From an uncultured Actinomycetota bacterium (lineage in GTDB: Bacteria > Actinomycetota > Actinomycetes > DATJPE01): DNA of 64,000 bases. Location of the stretch: positions 1,369,755 through 1,433,754 of the forward strand of contig CAVTPM010000015.1 in the NCBI GenBank assembly GCA_963736655.1. Reading direction: 5' to 3'. The notes under the pieces were generated by a model. The model made no database searches and was not told the origin of the DNA. It was given only the letters and a program-made list of their open reading frames with translations. Position numbers and translations under genes: made by a program. Positions 51,346-64,000 of this stretch are shown one piece after another (position 1 is the stretch's first letter; each line of letters starts with the position of its first letter).

Positions 51346-52026
51346 TCAGGGCGACAGCCGCTCGACCGACCAGCTGGCCGTGGCGTCCTCGCGCCGGTAG
51401 CGCAGGCGGTCGTGCATACGGTCCCGACGTCCTTGCCAGAACTCCACGGTCACCGGCACGACCCGCAGGCCTCCCCACTGCTCCGGCAGGGGGACGTCGG
51501 CCGCCTCGGGGAAGCTCGCCCGCGCATCGTGCCAGCGCGCGTCCAGCACCGAGCGATCGGCGACCGGCTCCGACTGCGGGCTCGCCCAGGCGCCGATGCG
51601 CGAACCGTACGGGCGAGTCGCCCAGTAGGCCTCGGTCTCGGACCGGTCGACCCGCTCCACGTCTCCGATCACGATCACCTGACGCTCGAGGGCGTACCAG
51701 GGGAACACCAGGGACGCCTTCGGGTTCTCGGTCAGCTCACGGCCCTTGCGGGAGCCGAGGTTGGTGAAGAAGACGAAGCCGCGGTCGTCGTACCCCTTGA
51801 GAAGGACCGTGCGCGCGCTCGGTCGCCCCTCCGCAGACGCGGTGGCGACCACCATCGCGTTGGGTTCCACGAGGCCCTCGGCAAGGGCGGTCGAGAGCCA
51901 CGCGTCGAACTGCGCGAAGGGCTCGGGGGCCAGGTCCTCCTCGGAGAGCCCCGCCAGCCCATAGGTGCGCCGCAGCGCCTCGACGTCGATGGTCCTGGGT
52001 GCCCGTTCCGATCCGTTGTCATGCAC
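51346..52026 (-). CDS. pdxH: pyridoxine/pyridoxamine 5'-phosphate oxidase
   Basis: EPNAMVVAT, ARTVLLKG, FTNLGSRKG, RPYGSRIGAWASPQS, VEFWQGRRDRMHDR. Confidence 0.95.
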   Translation of the reverse strand: MHDNGSERAPRTIDVEALRRTYGLAGLSEEDLAPEPFAQFDAWLSTALAEGLVEPNAMVVATASAEGRPSARTVLLKGYDDRGFVFFTNLGSRKGRELTENPKASLVFPWYALERQVIVIGDVERVDRSETEAYWATRPYGSRIGAWASPQSEPVADRSVLDARWHDARASFPEAADVPLPEQWGGLRVVPVTVEFWQGRRDRMHDRLRYRREDATASWSVERLSP

Positions 52027-52136
52027 CTCCCGATCGTGGCACAACCGACGTACGGTTGAATCACGACTACGGGACGCAGCAGGCCGCCCGAGGATCGAAG
52101 CCACCGACGGTGGCCGGCTGATGAGGAGACGGTGGG

Positions 52137-54468
<2,332 letters not shown>

Positions 54469-54472
54469 CCCG

Positions 54473-55651
54473 TTGACCGAGCTCCGGCGCGACCGGCTCA
54501 CCTGGGTCGTCTACGCCAGCCTCGGGGTCTACGGCTTCTTCATCTACTCCTTCGGGCCCACGGTCCCGCTGCTGAGGGAGGACCAGGGCACCAGCCGAGC
54601 GGTCTCGGGGCTGCACAGCACGGCGCTCGCCGTCGGAGCCGTCGTGTCGGGGCTGCTCTTCGCCCGGCTGAGCGCTCGCGTCGGGCGCGGACGGCTGATG
54701 AGCGGTGGGCTGATCGGGGTCGCCGCCGGGATCCTCCTGTACGTCTCCGCCGACGTGCTGGCCCTGACCCTGCTGGGCGCCCTTCTGTGCGGCACGTGCG
54801 GAGCGACCGTCGTCAACGCCACCGCCCCCGTCCTCACCGACCACCACGGCCAAGCCGGCCCGGCCTCGATCAGTGAGGGCAACGCGCTCGCCACGGCCAG
54901 CGGCGCGGTCGCACCGCTGGTGGTCGGCGCCGCCGTTGCGGTCGGGCTCGGCTGGCGAGCCGGGATGCTCGTCACCCTCCTCGGCATCGCCGCGGTGCTG
55001 CTGCTCGGCCGCGGGGTCGCCGTACCGGACCCGCCCGGTGCAGGCTCGGAGGAGGGGACGCAGCTGCCGCGGGACTTCTGGATGGCGTGGGCGGTCCTCG
55101 TGCTGTGCATCGGGGTGGAGTTCTCGGTCACCGTCTGGGCGTCGGACCTGCTTCGGCAGCAGCTGGGCATGGTCGCCGCGACGGCCTCGGCGTCCTTGAC
55201 GGCGGTCATCGTCGGCATGACCCTCGGGCGGGTGATCGGCGCCCGCCTGATGCTCCGGCACTCCCTCGAACGGCTGCTGCTGCTCGCCCTGGGTGTGGCA
55301 GCCGTCGGCTTCGCCATCCTCTGGACGGCGCCCGCGGTCGGCGTCGCCGTTCTCGGGCTGTTCGTCCTCGGTCTGGGCATGGGCGCCCACTACCCGCTCT
55401 CGATCAGCCGGGCGATCGCCTTCTCGAGCGGTCGGCCGGACCTGGCGGCCGGCCGAGCGTCGATCGGGGCGGGGCTGGCCATCGGGACCGCCCCGTTCGT
55501 GCTCGGCGCGCTGGCTGACGCCTACGGCACGCGGACAGCCTTCCTCCTGGTGCCGGTCCTGCTCGGCACAGCCGCCGCGATCTTGCTCGCCACCGGCTCG
55601 GGGTGGCTCAGTGGTTCCCGCGACGGCGAGGGACGCCCAGCAGCAGGCTGA
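54473..55651 (+). CDS. MFS transporter
   Basis: About 12 TM segments; GRGRLM loop; GPASISEGNA; YPLSISRA. Confidence 0.88.
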   Translation: MTELRRDRLTWVVYASLGVYGFFIYSFGPTVPLLREDQGTSRAVSGLHSTALAVGAVVSGLLFARLSARVGRGRLMSGGLIGVAAGILLYVSADVLALTLLGALLCGTCGATVVNATAPVLTDHHGQAGPASISEGNALATASGAVAPLVVGAAVAVGLGWRAGMLVTLLGIAAVLLLGRGVAVPDPPGAGSEEGTQLPRDFWMAWAVLVLCIGVEFSVTVWASDLLRQQLGMVAATASASLTAVIVGMTLGRVIGARLMLRHSLERLLLLALGVAAVGFAILWTAPAVGVAVLGLFVLGLGMGAHYPLSISRAIAFSSGRPDLAAGRASIGAGLAIGTAPFVLGALADAYGTRTAFLLVPVLLGTAAAILLATGSGWLSGSRDGEGRPAAG

Positions 55652-57873
55652 GGCCGACCAGAACGAGGGCCAGCCCCCAGGTCGCCGTCGTACCGACCGC
55701 CGGCGCCCCGGTGTCCGGGAGCGCCGTGCTGCTGGGCAGGACTCCACCGGGAGCCGTGTAGAGGTCGTAGACGACGACCTCGACCTCGGAGCCCGCGGTC
55801 ACGTCGAAGGTCACCGACGTGCCGTCCACGGAGTCGACTTCGTCGCCGTCGACGATCACCCCGATCGAGGTGTCGACCGTCCCGCCGTCGGCGACGCCCG
55901 TCTCGGTCTCGTTCACCGTGCAGGTGGTCGGGTCGGCGAACAGGAGCGTGTCGAGGGACGCCGAGGTCTCCGTGACCGGCAGGACGAGTGATGCCAACGT
56001 GTCGTCGTCACACGTGAGCTCGACGGTGACCGGACCGGCGCGCCCGGCCTGGTCGCCCGCAGCGTTCTTCGTCACGACCAGCGAGCCGTAGGGCGCGAAG
56101 ACGTTGGTGAAGTCGCACACGACGTCGGGAGCGTCAGACTGGATCGCCACCAGCGCCGCCCCAGCATCCGGGAGGGGGATGAAGTTGTCGGTGCAGCTCA
56201 CGTCCTCGAAGCGCCACTCGCCGAGCTCGGTCGGCGGCGGCGGGAGCTCGGTGACCAGGTAGTAGGAGTCGGGCTGGTCGACACCGAGCGCGGTCAGGTC
56301 GGCTCCGGTCGCTGTGGCAGGGGTGTCGGTGCCGTCCGTGGTCGCCGACTGCCGGAACTCCGGGCCGGTGAAGGTCCCGGCGTCGTCGTCGTACTGCTGG
56401 ATGACGTAGCCGAAGGTTGCCCCCGGCGCATCACCGACCGCGATCTTGCGGATCGTGAGCGAGCCCGCAGGGCTGAAGACGTTGGTGAACACGCAGTTGT
56501 AGGACTCGCCGATCCCGATCGCCTTGACCGCGGTGCGGTCCCGACCGCTGCTCGTGAACGGCACTTCGACACCACCGCACTGGACGCTGTCGAGCTCCCA
56601 GGAACCCGTCGGGTCGCTGGCCGGCAAGGTCTCGGTCGCGGTGTACGTGCCCGCCGGCGCTGCCGCGGCCGAGGCCACCACGACCTCCACGCCCTCCTCC
56701 GTGGTCGTCACGGTGTTGCTGACGTCGGAGCCCGGGTCGGGGACGTCGACCGCGAAGTCGAAGGACCCGACCTCGCCGTACGTCACCTTGGAGCAGCTGG
56801 AGGGGACCGGTGACGGCCTGCCGGTCGACGTAGGTGCAGCGCACCGTGTCCTCGGCGGCCAAGGTCACCTCGAAGGCTCCTGGGTCCCCGCCGACCGAGG
56901 AGTCGATGACGCTGTCGCCACTGGTCGACGTGCACGTCGCGGAGACCAGGTCCCAGCCGGTGGGGACGATCTCGGTGAAGGACCACGGGTCCTCGCCAGG
57001 CCTGGTCTCGCCGCGGATGAACGTGATCGAGGCCGGGGATCCCGGGCCGGCGGGACGGAGGACGAAGTCGTTGACCCCGTTGCCGTCGTTGTCGGCGTAG
57101 GAGATGTTGCCCTCGAAGACGAAGTTCTGCCCGCCGTTGGAACCGGCCTGGATCTGCTTCGTGACCACGATGGTCCCGGCGGTGGGCGGCGGCTTGACGG
57201 CGAAGTAGTAGCAGAACACGTGCCGGGCGCCGGACGGGGAAGCCGATCCACTCGACGTTGTCGCCGTTGAGGTTGTCGATCGAGCAGCGCAGGGCGGCGA
57301 AGCCGTACTCGCTCCTGCAGGCCGTTGAGCGGCTGGCTCGGGGTTCCGCCCTGCACCCACAGGGAGCTGCCGCGCTGCGCACGCTCCGCCTGCGCGTCGG
57401 TGAGCCGGACGGTGACGGCACCCTGCAGGGAGTCTCCCGTCGGCTGGCCCTGGGCGTCGAGCAGCGGGGTGGAGGCCTTGGTCACGATCGACGTCGAGTA
57501 CGCCCCCGTGACCGTGCTCAGGTTCTGGGTGCGCAGGGGTCTTGCCGGTGATGCCGGTGCCGAGGGTCAGGCGCCAGTCAGCGAGGGGCTCGCACCCGTC
57601 CCGCTGGCTCGGGACGTTGTCCTCGACGGTGGCCTCGACGGGGTCGCTCGGCGCGTAGACCGTGTCCTGGCCGAGGTCGCGCAGGCTCTCCATGATGTTG
57701 TTGCGCGCCTTGTTGGCCATGACGTCGGTGTAGTCGTCGCAGGAGCGAGCGACGTAGGTGACGAGGAGCCCGTCGACGTCGGCGGCGGGGACAGCCGCGC
57801 TCGCGGCACCCAGCGGTGCCATGAGGACCAGCCCCCAGGTGGCCACCCCTGCTCCGACCAGCCTGCGTCGCAT
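55608..57873 (-). CDS. sortase-anchored surface protein with repeated Ig/prealbumin-like domains (frameshifted)
   Basis: Signal peptide MRRRLVGAG..., repeated I.V.K...F...E..P.GW.L.S..C units, C-terminal LPDTG, TM and RRR. Confidence 0.8.
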
Positions 57874-57994
57874 CTCGCTCTCCCGTAGGTCACGTGGGCT
57901 CGGTGTCGTCCACGGTCCCGCTGCTGCGTGCGCTTGCGACGCGCAGCCTGCGTCGAGGCTATTCCACCGCCGATCACCAGGCCAGCAAGGGCGG

Positions 57995-58943
57995 TCAGCC
58001 ACACCGGCGACAACCCGGAACTCCCCCGGTCGTCGGGGGTCGCCCCGGGGGCCGCGAGGAGCCACGGACGGGGAGACGTCGGTTGCCCGGCACGGCGGAC
58101 GAAGCCGTCGGTCTCGCCATTGACGGCACCGGCACCCGCCACACCACCGAGTTCCGGCCCTCCGAGCCCACGATCAAGGCATCCCCGTCCTCAGCCCAGG
58201 TGAGGCTCTCGCCCTGGGGCTGCAGAGGTAACGCCAGCCGACCCGCTTTCGCCCCGAGCTGGGGCGCGAGGAACGCCTGGAGGTAGTCACGCAGGGCCAC
58301 GCTCCCGTCGGGAGCGAAGGACCCGTCGGTGACCAGGGGCGGTGCCGACGCGACCCGTTCCAGGACGTTGACGCGGTCCTGGCGCAGCTCCGTCGGGGCG
58401 CGGTAGACCGCAGCGCCCTGCACGCGCTTGGACACGACATAGAGGCGGCCGTCGCGCGGATCGACGAGCAGCGCCTCGGCGTCGCGGGGACCGTCCGGGT
58501 AGCGAAGCTCGTACGCCTGCCAGCTCACGTCCCGGGCGCCGAGCGCGGAAGGCTCGACCACCCGGTAGACCCGCACCGTCGGCCAGGAGGACTGGTTGTC
58601 CCCGATGTCGCCGATCCACAGCCAGGCGCCACCACCTGGGCGCGGGCTGACGGCCACCGCCTCCCAGTCGCGGGCGCGCGCACCGCGCAGGGTGAGGGTG
58701 GCCACCGTCGAGCCGTCAGGGCCGATGCCGTAGACCCGTGGTCGATCACCGCTGTCGTTGACCGTCCAGAGAACCTCGGGGAGGGCCAGACCGGTGGCCA
58801 GGCCGCTCGACTCGACGACGCGGGGGTCCCTGATCCGGAACAGCTGCGTCGGGTCGTCGGGCGCGGCGGCCAGCGACCCCGCTGCCGCCAGCCATGAGGC
58901 CGAGGGCCAGCAGCGCAAGGACGGCAGACCGGCGCCCCGTCAC
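57995..58943 (-). CDS. secreted beta-propeller-like hypothetical protein (frameshift in the signal peptide)
   Basis: DPRVVESSGL, WTVNDSG, DWEAVA, IGDIGDN, YPDGPRDAEALLVDP, QGESL; GTGA overlap with the upstream methyltransferase. Confidence 0.72.
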
Positions 58944-60121
58944 CGGACTCCGAGGACGGGCGCGAGGTCCTCGGCCAGCAGCACGTGCAGGCGAGGGCGC
59001 ACCTGCCACTGGTCGGTGAGAGCGAGGTAGTCGCGCGCCCGAGCCGCGTCAGGGGTCGCACCCGTTCGGACCGCACGGATCATCGTGTTGCGTGGCGTGT
59101 GCTGCGACGCGACGAACTCGAGGACGTCGACCCGGTAGCCGAGCAGCCGAAGCAGCTCCGCACGCAGCGCGTCGGTCAGGACGTCCGCGAACCGCTCCCG
59201 AAGGATGCCGTCCCGAGCCAGGAGGGCGTACGGCTCCGGTGGCGACGCCGCACGCAGCTGCCGCTGCAGGTCGTGGTGGCAGCACGGCGCCGCCAGCAGC
59301 ACCGGGGCCTCCCAGCGAACGGCCCGCGCGAGCGCGTCGTCGGTGGCCGTGTCGCACGCGTGCAGGGCCAGGACGACGTCGAGCCGGGCTTCGCCGAGGT
59401 CCACCTCGGCATCGACGATCGACGACTCCACGAACGACACCTGCTCCGAGCAACCGAGCGTCGCGGCGACCTCCTCGTTGTGGCTGCGCGCTTGAGCCTT
59501 GACGTCCACCCCGACGACCCGTGCCTGGTGCCCGAGGTCGGCGGTGAGGTGACGGAGGGCGGCGAAGGTGAGCACCGCGTTGCCGCACCCGAGGTCGACG
59601 ACGCCGGTCGGCCGACCGGTTGCGGCCGGGAGCACCGGGTCGAGCAGTCGGAGGAACGCCTCCACCTGACGCCGTTTGTCCGCACCTGCCCCGAGAGCCG
59701 CGAAGAGCGGGTCATCGTCCGCGAGCACCCGTCGTCGCTTGCGGTCGTGGTCGGTCTGCTGGCTGCGATCGGCTGCCGCCCGGTGGACCTGAGCCTCGCC
59801 CTTCTTGGTCACGCGCACCTGCACGGTCGCGTCGACGGTCTCGACGTGCCAGTTGCCGTACGGCTCCGCCAGCAGCGCGTCGACTTCGGTCTCGGCGCCC
59901 GCCCCGAACTCCGCATGCCTCGTCGTGGTCTGAGTCCCGTCCCACGCCTCGAGGAGCAGGCGGCGACCACCCTTGAGGTCCACCGGTCGGAGCACGACGC
60001 GAGTGGGTTCCGGTACGGGCAGTCCCCGGCGCCGACCCGCAGCGACGGCGCGGACCAGCTGGTCCGGGTCCAGGAGGATCGCGCGGACGTCGGCCAGCGC
60101 GTCGGTGAGCTGCTCGGGCAC
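58940..60121 (-). CDS. class I SAM-dependent methyltransferase (Methyltransf_32-like)
   Basis: KRRQVEAFL, VVDLGCGNAVLTF, LALHACDTATDDALA, APCCHHDL, EFVASQHTPRNTMIRA. Confidence 0.88.
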   Translation of the reverse strand: MPEQLTDALADVRAILLDPDQLVRAVAAGRRRGLPVPEPTRVVLRPVDLKGGRRLLLEAWDGTQTTTRHAEFGAGAETEVDALLAEPYGNWHVETVDATVQVRVTKKGEAQVHRAAADRSQQTDHDRKRRRVLADDDPLFAALGAGADKRRQVEAFLRLLDPVLPAATGRPTGVVDLGCGNAVLTFAALRHLTADLGHQARVVGVDVKAQARSHNEEVAATLGCSEQVSFVESSIVDAEVDLGEARLDVVLALHACDTATDDALARAVRWEAPVLLAAPCCHHDLQRQLRAASPPEPYALLARDGILRERFADVLTDALRAELLRLLGYRVDVLEFVASQHTPRNTMIRAVRTGATPDAARARDYLALTDQWQVRPRLHVLLAEDLAPVLGVR

Positions 60122-60296
60122 GGCTACCTCAACAACGAACCGAGCAGCACGAGGAGGATCATCGAGACCCAACGCGGCCGGCACGAGCCAGCGTCGGGTA
60201 CGGGGATCCACGGACGCCGAGCGTACGTCACGGGTCGGCGCGCATGCAGCGCCGAGCCAAGGTCGTGCCCAGGCGACTCCGGCTAGGGTCGGCGAC

Positions 60297-60524
60297 ATGC
60301 CCAGCCGCGAGCTTCCCGAGGCGCCCCAGGCCGATGCCGTGGTCCCGGTCCTCCTGGGAACGGCCTGCTGGCTGGTCGCGCTGGTCGTCGGTCTCGTGAT
60401 CGACGCTGCTCCGCCCTGGACGGGCATCTGCGCCGCAGGGTTCGGCCTGGGGCTGCTGGGGAGTGCGTACGTGCTTCGCCGACGAGCGGTCTACCGGCGC
60501 GCCGGGAAGTCGGCGGGCGGCTAG
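60297..60524 (+). CDS. DUF2530 family membrane protein
   Basis: PVLLGTACWLVALV...WTGICAAGFGLGLLG; syntenic with DUF3027. Confidence 0.75.
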   Translation: MPSRELPEAPQADAVVPVLLGTACWLVALVVGLVIDAAPPWTGICAAGFGLGLLGSAYVLRRRAVYRRAGKSAGG

Positions 60525-60542
60525 CCGTACCACCGACTTCGA

Positions 60543-61421
60543 TCAGCTGTGACCGAACTCGTCGTAGCCGAGGTCGTCCACCACAGGTGCTGGCAGCCCG
60601 GCGGGCTCACGGAGCCGCCGGGTGGCCGACGTGCCCTCGGAGTGGCCCCCGCAGCCATGGTCGAAGGTCACCACGTGTCCGTCGCTCGGTGAGAACACGT
60701 TGGCGCAGAGGCCGAACGCCTGCCCGAGCGCGCCACCGATGTGCACGAGGAAGCCGCAGCTGTCGCACGAGGCGGGCGCCTGCTCGGCGAGCGGAACCGC
60801 CGGTCCACCCGCACCGTTGAGCCATCGATCAGCCGCCTCTTCGCGGCCCTCGACGGAGAGCACGCGGCGACGGGCGAGCCCCAGGTCGCGTGCGACGAAG
60901 GAGACCTCGTCGTCGTCATCGTCCGCGGCTGACGACCAGCCCGGCTGAAGGCGTACGTCGTCATCGGCAGTGTGCAGGATGTCGCCGGGCCCGAGGTCGC
61001 CGGCCTGCAGGCGATCGGCCCACGGCACCCAGGGCGGAGCCAGCAGGGCTTCCGGCCCTGGCAGGTGGACCACCTCGTCGACGGTGACGACGCGACCACG
61101 CGGCACGCGCGTCACGGTCACGGCCCATCGCCAGCCTCCATAGCCCGGCAGGAGACTCGTGAACAGATGGGTCACGAGACGCTCGTCGTCGGCCTCGACG
61201 CCGACGTGCTCGCCGACGAGATCCGCGCCGACCAGATCGACAGCCGCGGCGCGCGCCAGGTCGACGGCAGCGACGCAAGCCGCGTCCGGGCGACCGCGGA
61301 CGGCACTCGCCGGTTGCGGGCTCGGCGCGTCGGTCGGCTCAGGGATCGCCGCGTCCACAGCCTCTGCTGTCTCCGGCCCCTCGGACGTCACGGTGCTCAC
61401 AAGCGTCGAGGGTAGCCCCAC
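60543..61421 (-). CDS. DUF3027 family protein
   Basis: LPGYGGWRWAVTV, EVVHLPGPEALLAP.WVPW, CDSCGF, FGLCAN..SPSDGHVV..DHGCGGHS. Confidence 0.88.
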   Translation of the reverse strand: MGLPSTLVSTVTSEGPETAEAVDAAIPEPTDAPSPQPASAVRGRPDAACVAAVDLARAAAVDLVGADLVGEHVGVEADDERLVTHLFTSLLPGYGGWRWAVTVTRVPRGRVVTVDEVVHLPGPEALLAPPWVPWADRLQAGDLGPGDILHTADDDVRLQPGWSSAADDDDDEVSFVARDLGLARRRVLSVEGREEAADRWLNGAGGPAVPLAEQAPASCDSCGFLVHIGGALGQAFGLCANVFSPSDGHVVTFDHGCGGHSEGTSATRRLREPAGLPAPVVDDLGYDEFGHS

Positions 61422-61468
61422 CTGAGGCCCGCGCCCGACCCGCCACCGAGCGAGCCAGCGGCCGACGA

Positions 61469-61846
61469 TCAGCCTTCCATCTGGTCGGCGACGGCACGCA
61501 GCATCTTCGAGACCTTGGCGGTGTCGGCGGGGTAACGGCCCCGACGGAGGCCGTTGCCGACGTTGTCGAGCACCTTGATGAGGTCCTCGACGAGGGCCGC
61601 CATGTCCTCGGCCGGACGGCGCTGCGCCTTCACGATGGACGGGAGCGGGTCGAGCAGGCGGACGGAGAGGGCCTGCTCGCCCTTCTTGCCCTCGGCGACG
61701 CCGAACTCCACGCGCGCCCCGGTCGGCAGCGCTTCAAGACCGTCGGGCAACGCTGAGGCATGGACGAAGACATCGCCGCCGTCATCGCGGGCGAGGAAGC
61801 CAAAGCCCTTCTCGGTGTCGAAGAACTTGACCTTGCCGGTGGGCAC
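61469..61846 (-). CDS. cold-shock domain protein with C-terminal extension (CspB type)
   Basis: VPTGKVKFFDTEKGFGFL..DDGGDVFVHASAL. Confidence 0.92.
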   Translation of the reverse strand: MPTGKVKFFDTEKGFGFLARDDGGDVFVHASALPDGLEALPTGARVEFGVAEGKKGEQALSVRLLDPLPSIVKAQRRPAEDMAALVEDLIKVLDNVGNGLRRGRYPADTAKVSKMLRAVADQMEG

Positions 61847-61920
61847 GAGCGTCTCCTCGCGATCGAGAGCGTCGGTGACAGCCACCGAGCCGGATGTGCG
61901 GGCCGGACGCCCGCACGGGC

Positions 61921-63362
61921 TCAGCCTAGCCCGGGCGTGGGGCTGAGGGCCTCGTTCATCGAGCCGCTCCGGAAGCCGCGGGGGTCGACCTCGACGTGGT
62001 CGAAGCCGGCCAGGCGTACGGCCTCGGCGACCGAGGGGTCGGCGACGACGTCCTCGACGGCGTCCGCGTCCACCTCGATGCGGGCCGAGCTGCCCAGGTC
62101 GCGGACACGCAGGTCTGTCACGGCGATGCACGCCTCGTCGAGCGCGGCACGCAGCGCCGCCTCGGCCCGGTCGACGCGGGCCAGCCGGGCGGGGGTCACC
62201 TCGATGCCGTAGGCCACCCGGCTCGACAGGCAGGCCGCCTGCGGCTTGTCCCACGTCGGGAGGCCCCATCTGCGCGATGCCTCCCGGATCTGCGCCTTGG
62301 TCATCCCCACGTCCCGCAACGGGGTGACCGCGCCGCGCTCGTCGGCGGCCCGGATACCGGGTCGGAAGCCAGCCAGGGCGTCGTCGGCGTTGGTACCCGT
62401 GGCGACCGCCCGGATCGCCAGACGGTCCGCCTCCGGGCGGAGCACGTCGAGCAGCTCGGCCTTGCAGAAGTAGCAGCGGTCGGCGGTGTTGGCCCGGTAG
62501 CCGTCGCGGGCCAGCTCATAGGTCCGCGGGGCGAGATGTCGGACGCCGAGCGCGCGGGCGAAGTCCTGCGCCTGCTCGAGCTCGCCCGTGGCCAGCGAGT
62601 CGGAGACCGCCGTCGCGGCCACCACGTGAAGGGGGCCGAGCGCCTCCACGGCCGCCGCGAGGAGGAAGGCCGAGTCCGCTCCACCGCTGAAGGCGACGAC
62701 CACGGAACCGAGCGACCGCAGGTGCGCATCGAGCGCCGCAAGGCGTACCTCCAGGAGGTGCTCCTCCAACCAGCCCGGGAAGGCGTGCAGCGAGTCGAGC
62801 ACCACATCGGCTCCGGCCGCTTCCAGGTCGGCCGCCGAGGAGCCCCCGGAGGTCACTCCGACCGCGACTGCGCCCGCTGCTCGGGCGCCTGCCACGTCCG
62901 CGGGGTGGTCGCCGACATAGACCGACGCCCCGTGCTCGCGGAGTGCCTCGCCCTTGGCCTCGGCCCACCGCCACCCCTCGAGCCTGTCGACGGCGAGCCC
63001 GAGGTGGTCGAGGTGGAGCTGGGCGTTCGGCGCGTACTTCGCGGTGACCACGACGCTCGCACCGCCGGCGGCGCGCACGGAGGCCAGGGCCTCGGCCGCT
63101 CCGGGGAGAGCCGGGGAGGACTCGATGGCCAGGTCGGGGTACAGCGCGCGGAACCGGTCGGCCATGGCCGGCACGTCGCGGCCGGGAACCAGTGCGCCAG
63201 CTCGACGTCCAGCGGCGGGCCGAGCCGGGACTGCACGAGCGCGACGTCGATGACCACCCCGGTCTCGGCAGAGAGCGCCTCGAGCACGGCGCCGATGCCA
63301 GGCCGTGAGTCGATGAGGGTCAGGTCGAGGTCGAACCCCACGACCAGGGGGTGGGGTGCCAC
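61921..63362 (-). CDS. larE: HAD-superfamily phosphatase fused to LarE-type ATP-dependent sulfur transferase (one frameshift near 63180, inside the HAD part)
   Basis: HAD: GFDLDLTLIDS, VVTAK, YVGDH..D. Same frame continues to the PP-loop VAFSGGADS, RCYFCK, TGTNADD, RPG, TWDKPQAACLSSR. Confidence 0.85.
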
Positions 63363-63607
63363 ACGCCCCACCCTAACCAGTCCGCCTTCCTCGCCGTCCG
63401 CGGAGCAACCGGTCCGAACGAGTGATGTCTGGTGACCTCGAGTGACAATTTCCGCCGTCCTTGACCAGATCAACGGCAAACATTGCTGTCAGGCACCGAC
63501 TTTGGCTGCAGCCCTTGCCTCCGCTGACCGCCTGGGGAAGGATCCGCCGCAGTCGTGTCCGTGCGACCGAGACCAGGTTCGGCGGACCTACCCTTGGAAG
63601 GACTTCA

Positions 63608-64000
63608 GTGGCTCCCTCTCCCACTCGACGAACCCGAGCCCTCGCTGCCGCGGTAGCCGTCGGTCTCGCTGGCGCCGGCATGGTCGTCGTCTCCCAGCCG
63701 GCCCAGGCCGGCCACCGGGACGCGACCGCCCGTGCCTCGTCCCCGTTCACCGCGGGCCGATACATCGTGCGCCTGGACGACGCTCCTGTCGCCGCCTACA
63801 GCGGCACCGTACGAGGCCTGGCCGCGACGAAGCCGGCTGCCGGCGCCAAGCTGAGCCGGTCGGCGCAATCGGTGACGACGTACCGGAGCTTCTTGGCCGA
63901 CGAACGCGCCCGGGTCCTCAAGGCCGCCAACGTCAAGTCCACCATCTACAACTACAGCTACTCGTTCAACGGGTTCAGCGCCGACCTCACGGCGGACCAG
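63608..64000 (+). CDS. 5' part of a secreted S8 (subtilisin-like) protease with I9 inhibitor prodomain (runs off the window)
   Basis: Signal peptide ending AQA; GRYIVRLDDAPVAAYSG...YNYSYSFNGFSADLT. Confidence 0.82.
   Translation, partial: MAPSPTRRTRALAAAVAVGLAGAGMVVVSQPAQAGHRDATARASSPFTAGRYIVRLDDAPVAAYSGTVRGLAATKPAAGAKLSRSAQSVTTYRSFLADERARVLKAANVKSTIYNYSYSFNGFSADLTADQ

Overview
High-GC actinobacterial chromosomal DNA. Many genes are broken by single-base indels, most likely long-read sequencing or assembly errors, so several CDS calls below join adjacent ORF-track frames. From left to right: (1) the conserved moeA-galU / 5-formyl-THF cyclo-ligase / FmdB / MTAP / SAF / mscL block, with an inserted nitroreductase; (2) an RbpA homologue, a degenerate ApbE-like module and fdhD; (3) a DosR/DosS-like hypoxia locus (Acg nitroreductase, response regulator, PNPOx-like protein, GAF kinase), with Dos-box-like palindromes also upstream of a CPBP protease, a PPOX enzyme and the regulator heading narGHJI; (4) tRNA-Arg(CCT); (5) cell-wall hydrolases, one behind a c-di-AMP riboswitch; (6) a more AT-rich accessory patch at about 32.1-37.5 kb (GNAT relic, PCD/VOC protein, nitrilase, IS110 fragment, peptidase E, HNH relic); (7) ideR and a ~8.5 kb DUF11-repeat LPDTG surface protein; (8) photolyase, an orphan ParA plus RHH pair and dacB; (9) the conserved pdxH-citA-serC / DUF2530 / DUF3027 / cold-shock block, containing a second LPDTG surface protein and an in-frame HAD phosphatase-LarE fusion; (10) the 5' end of an S8 protease. 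The most notable items are the HAD-LarE fusion with no larABC in the window, the expanded DosR-like regulon linked to nitrate respiration, and the ParA/RHH module.
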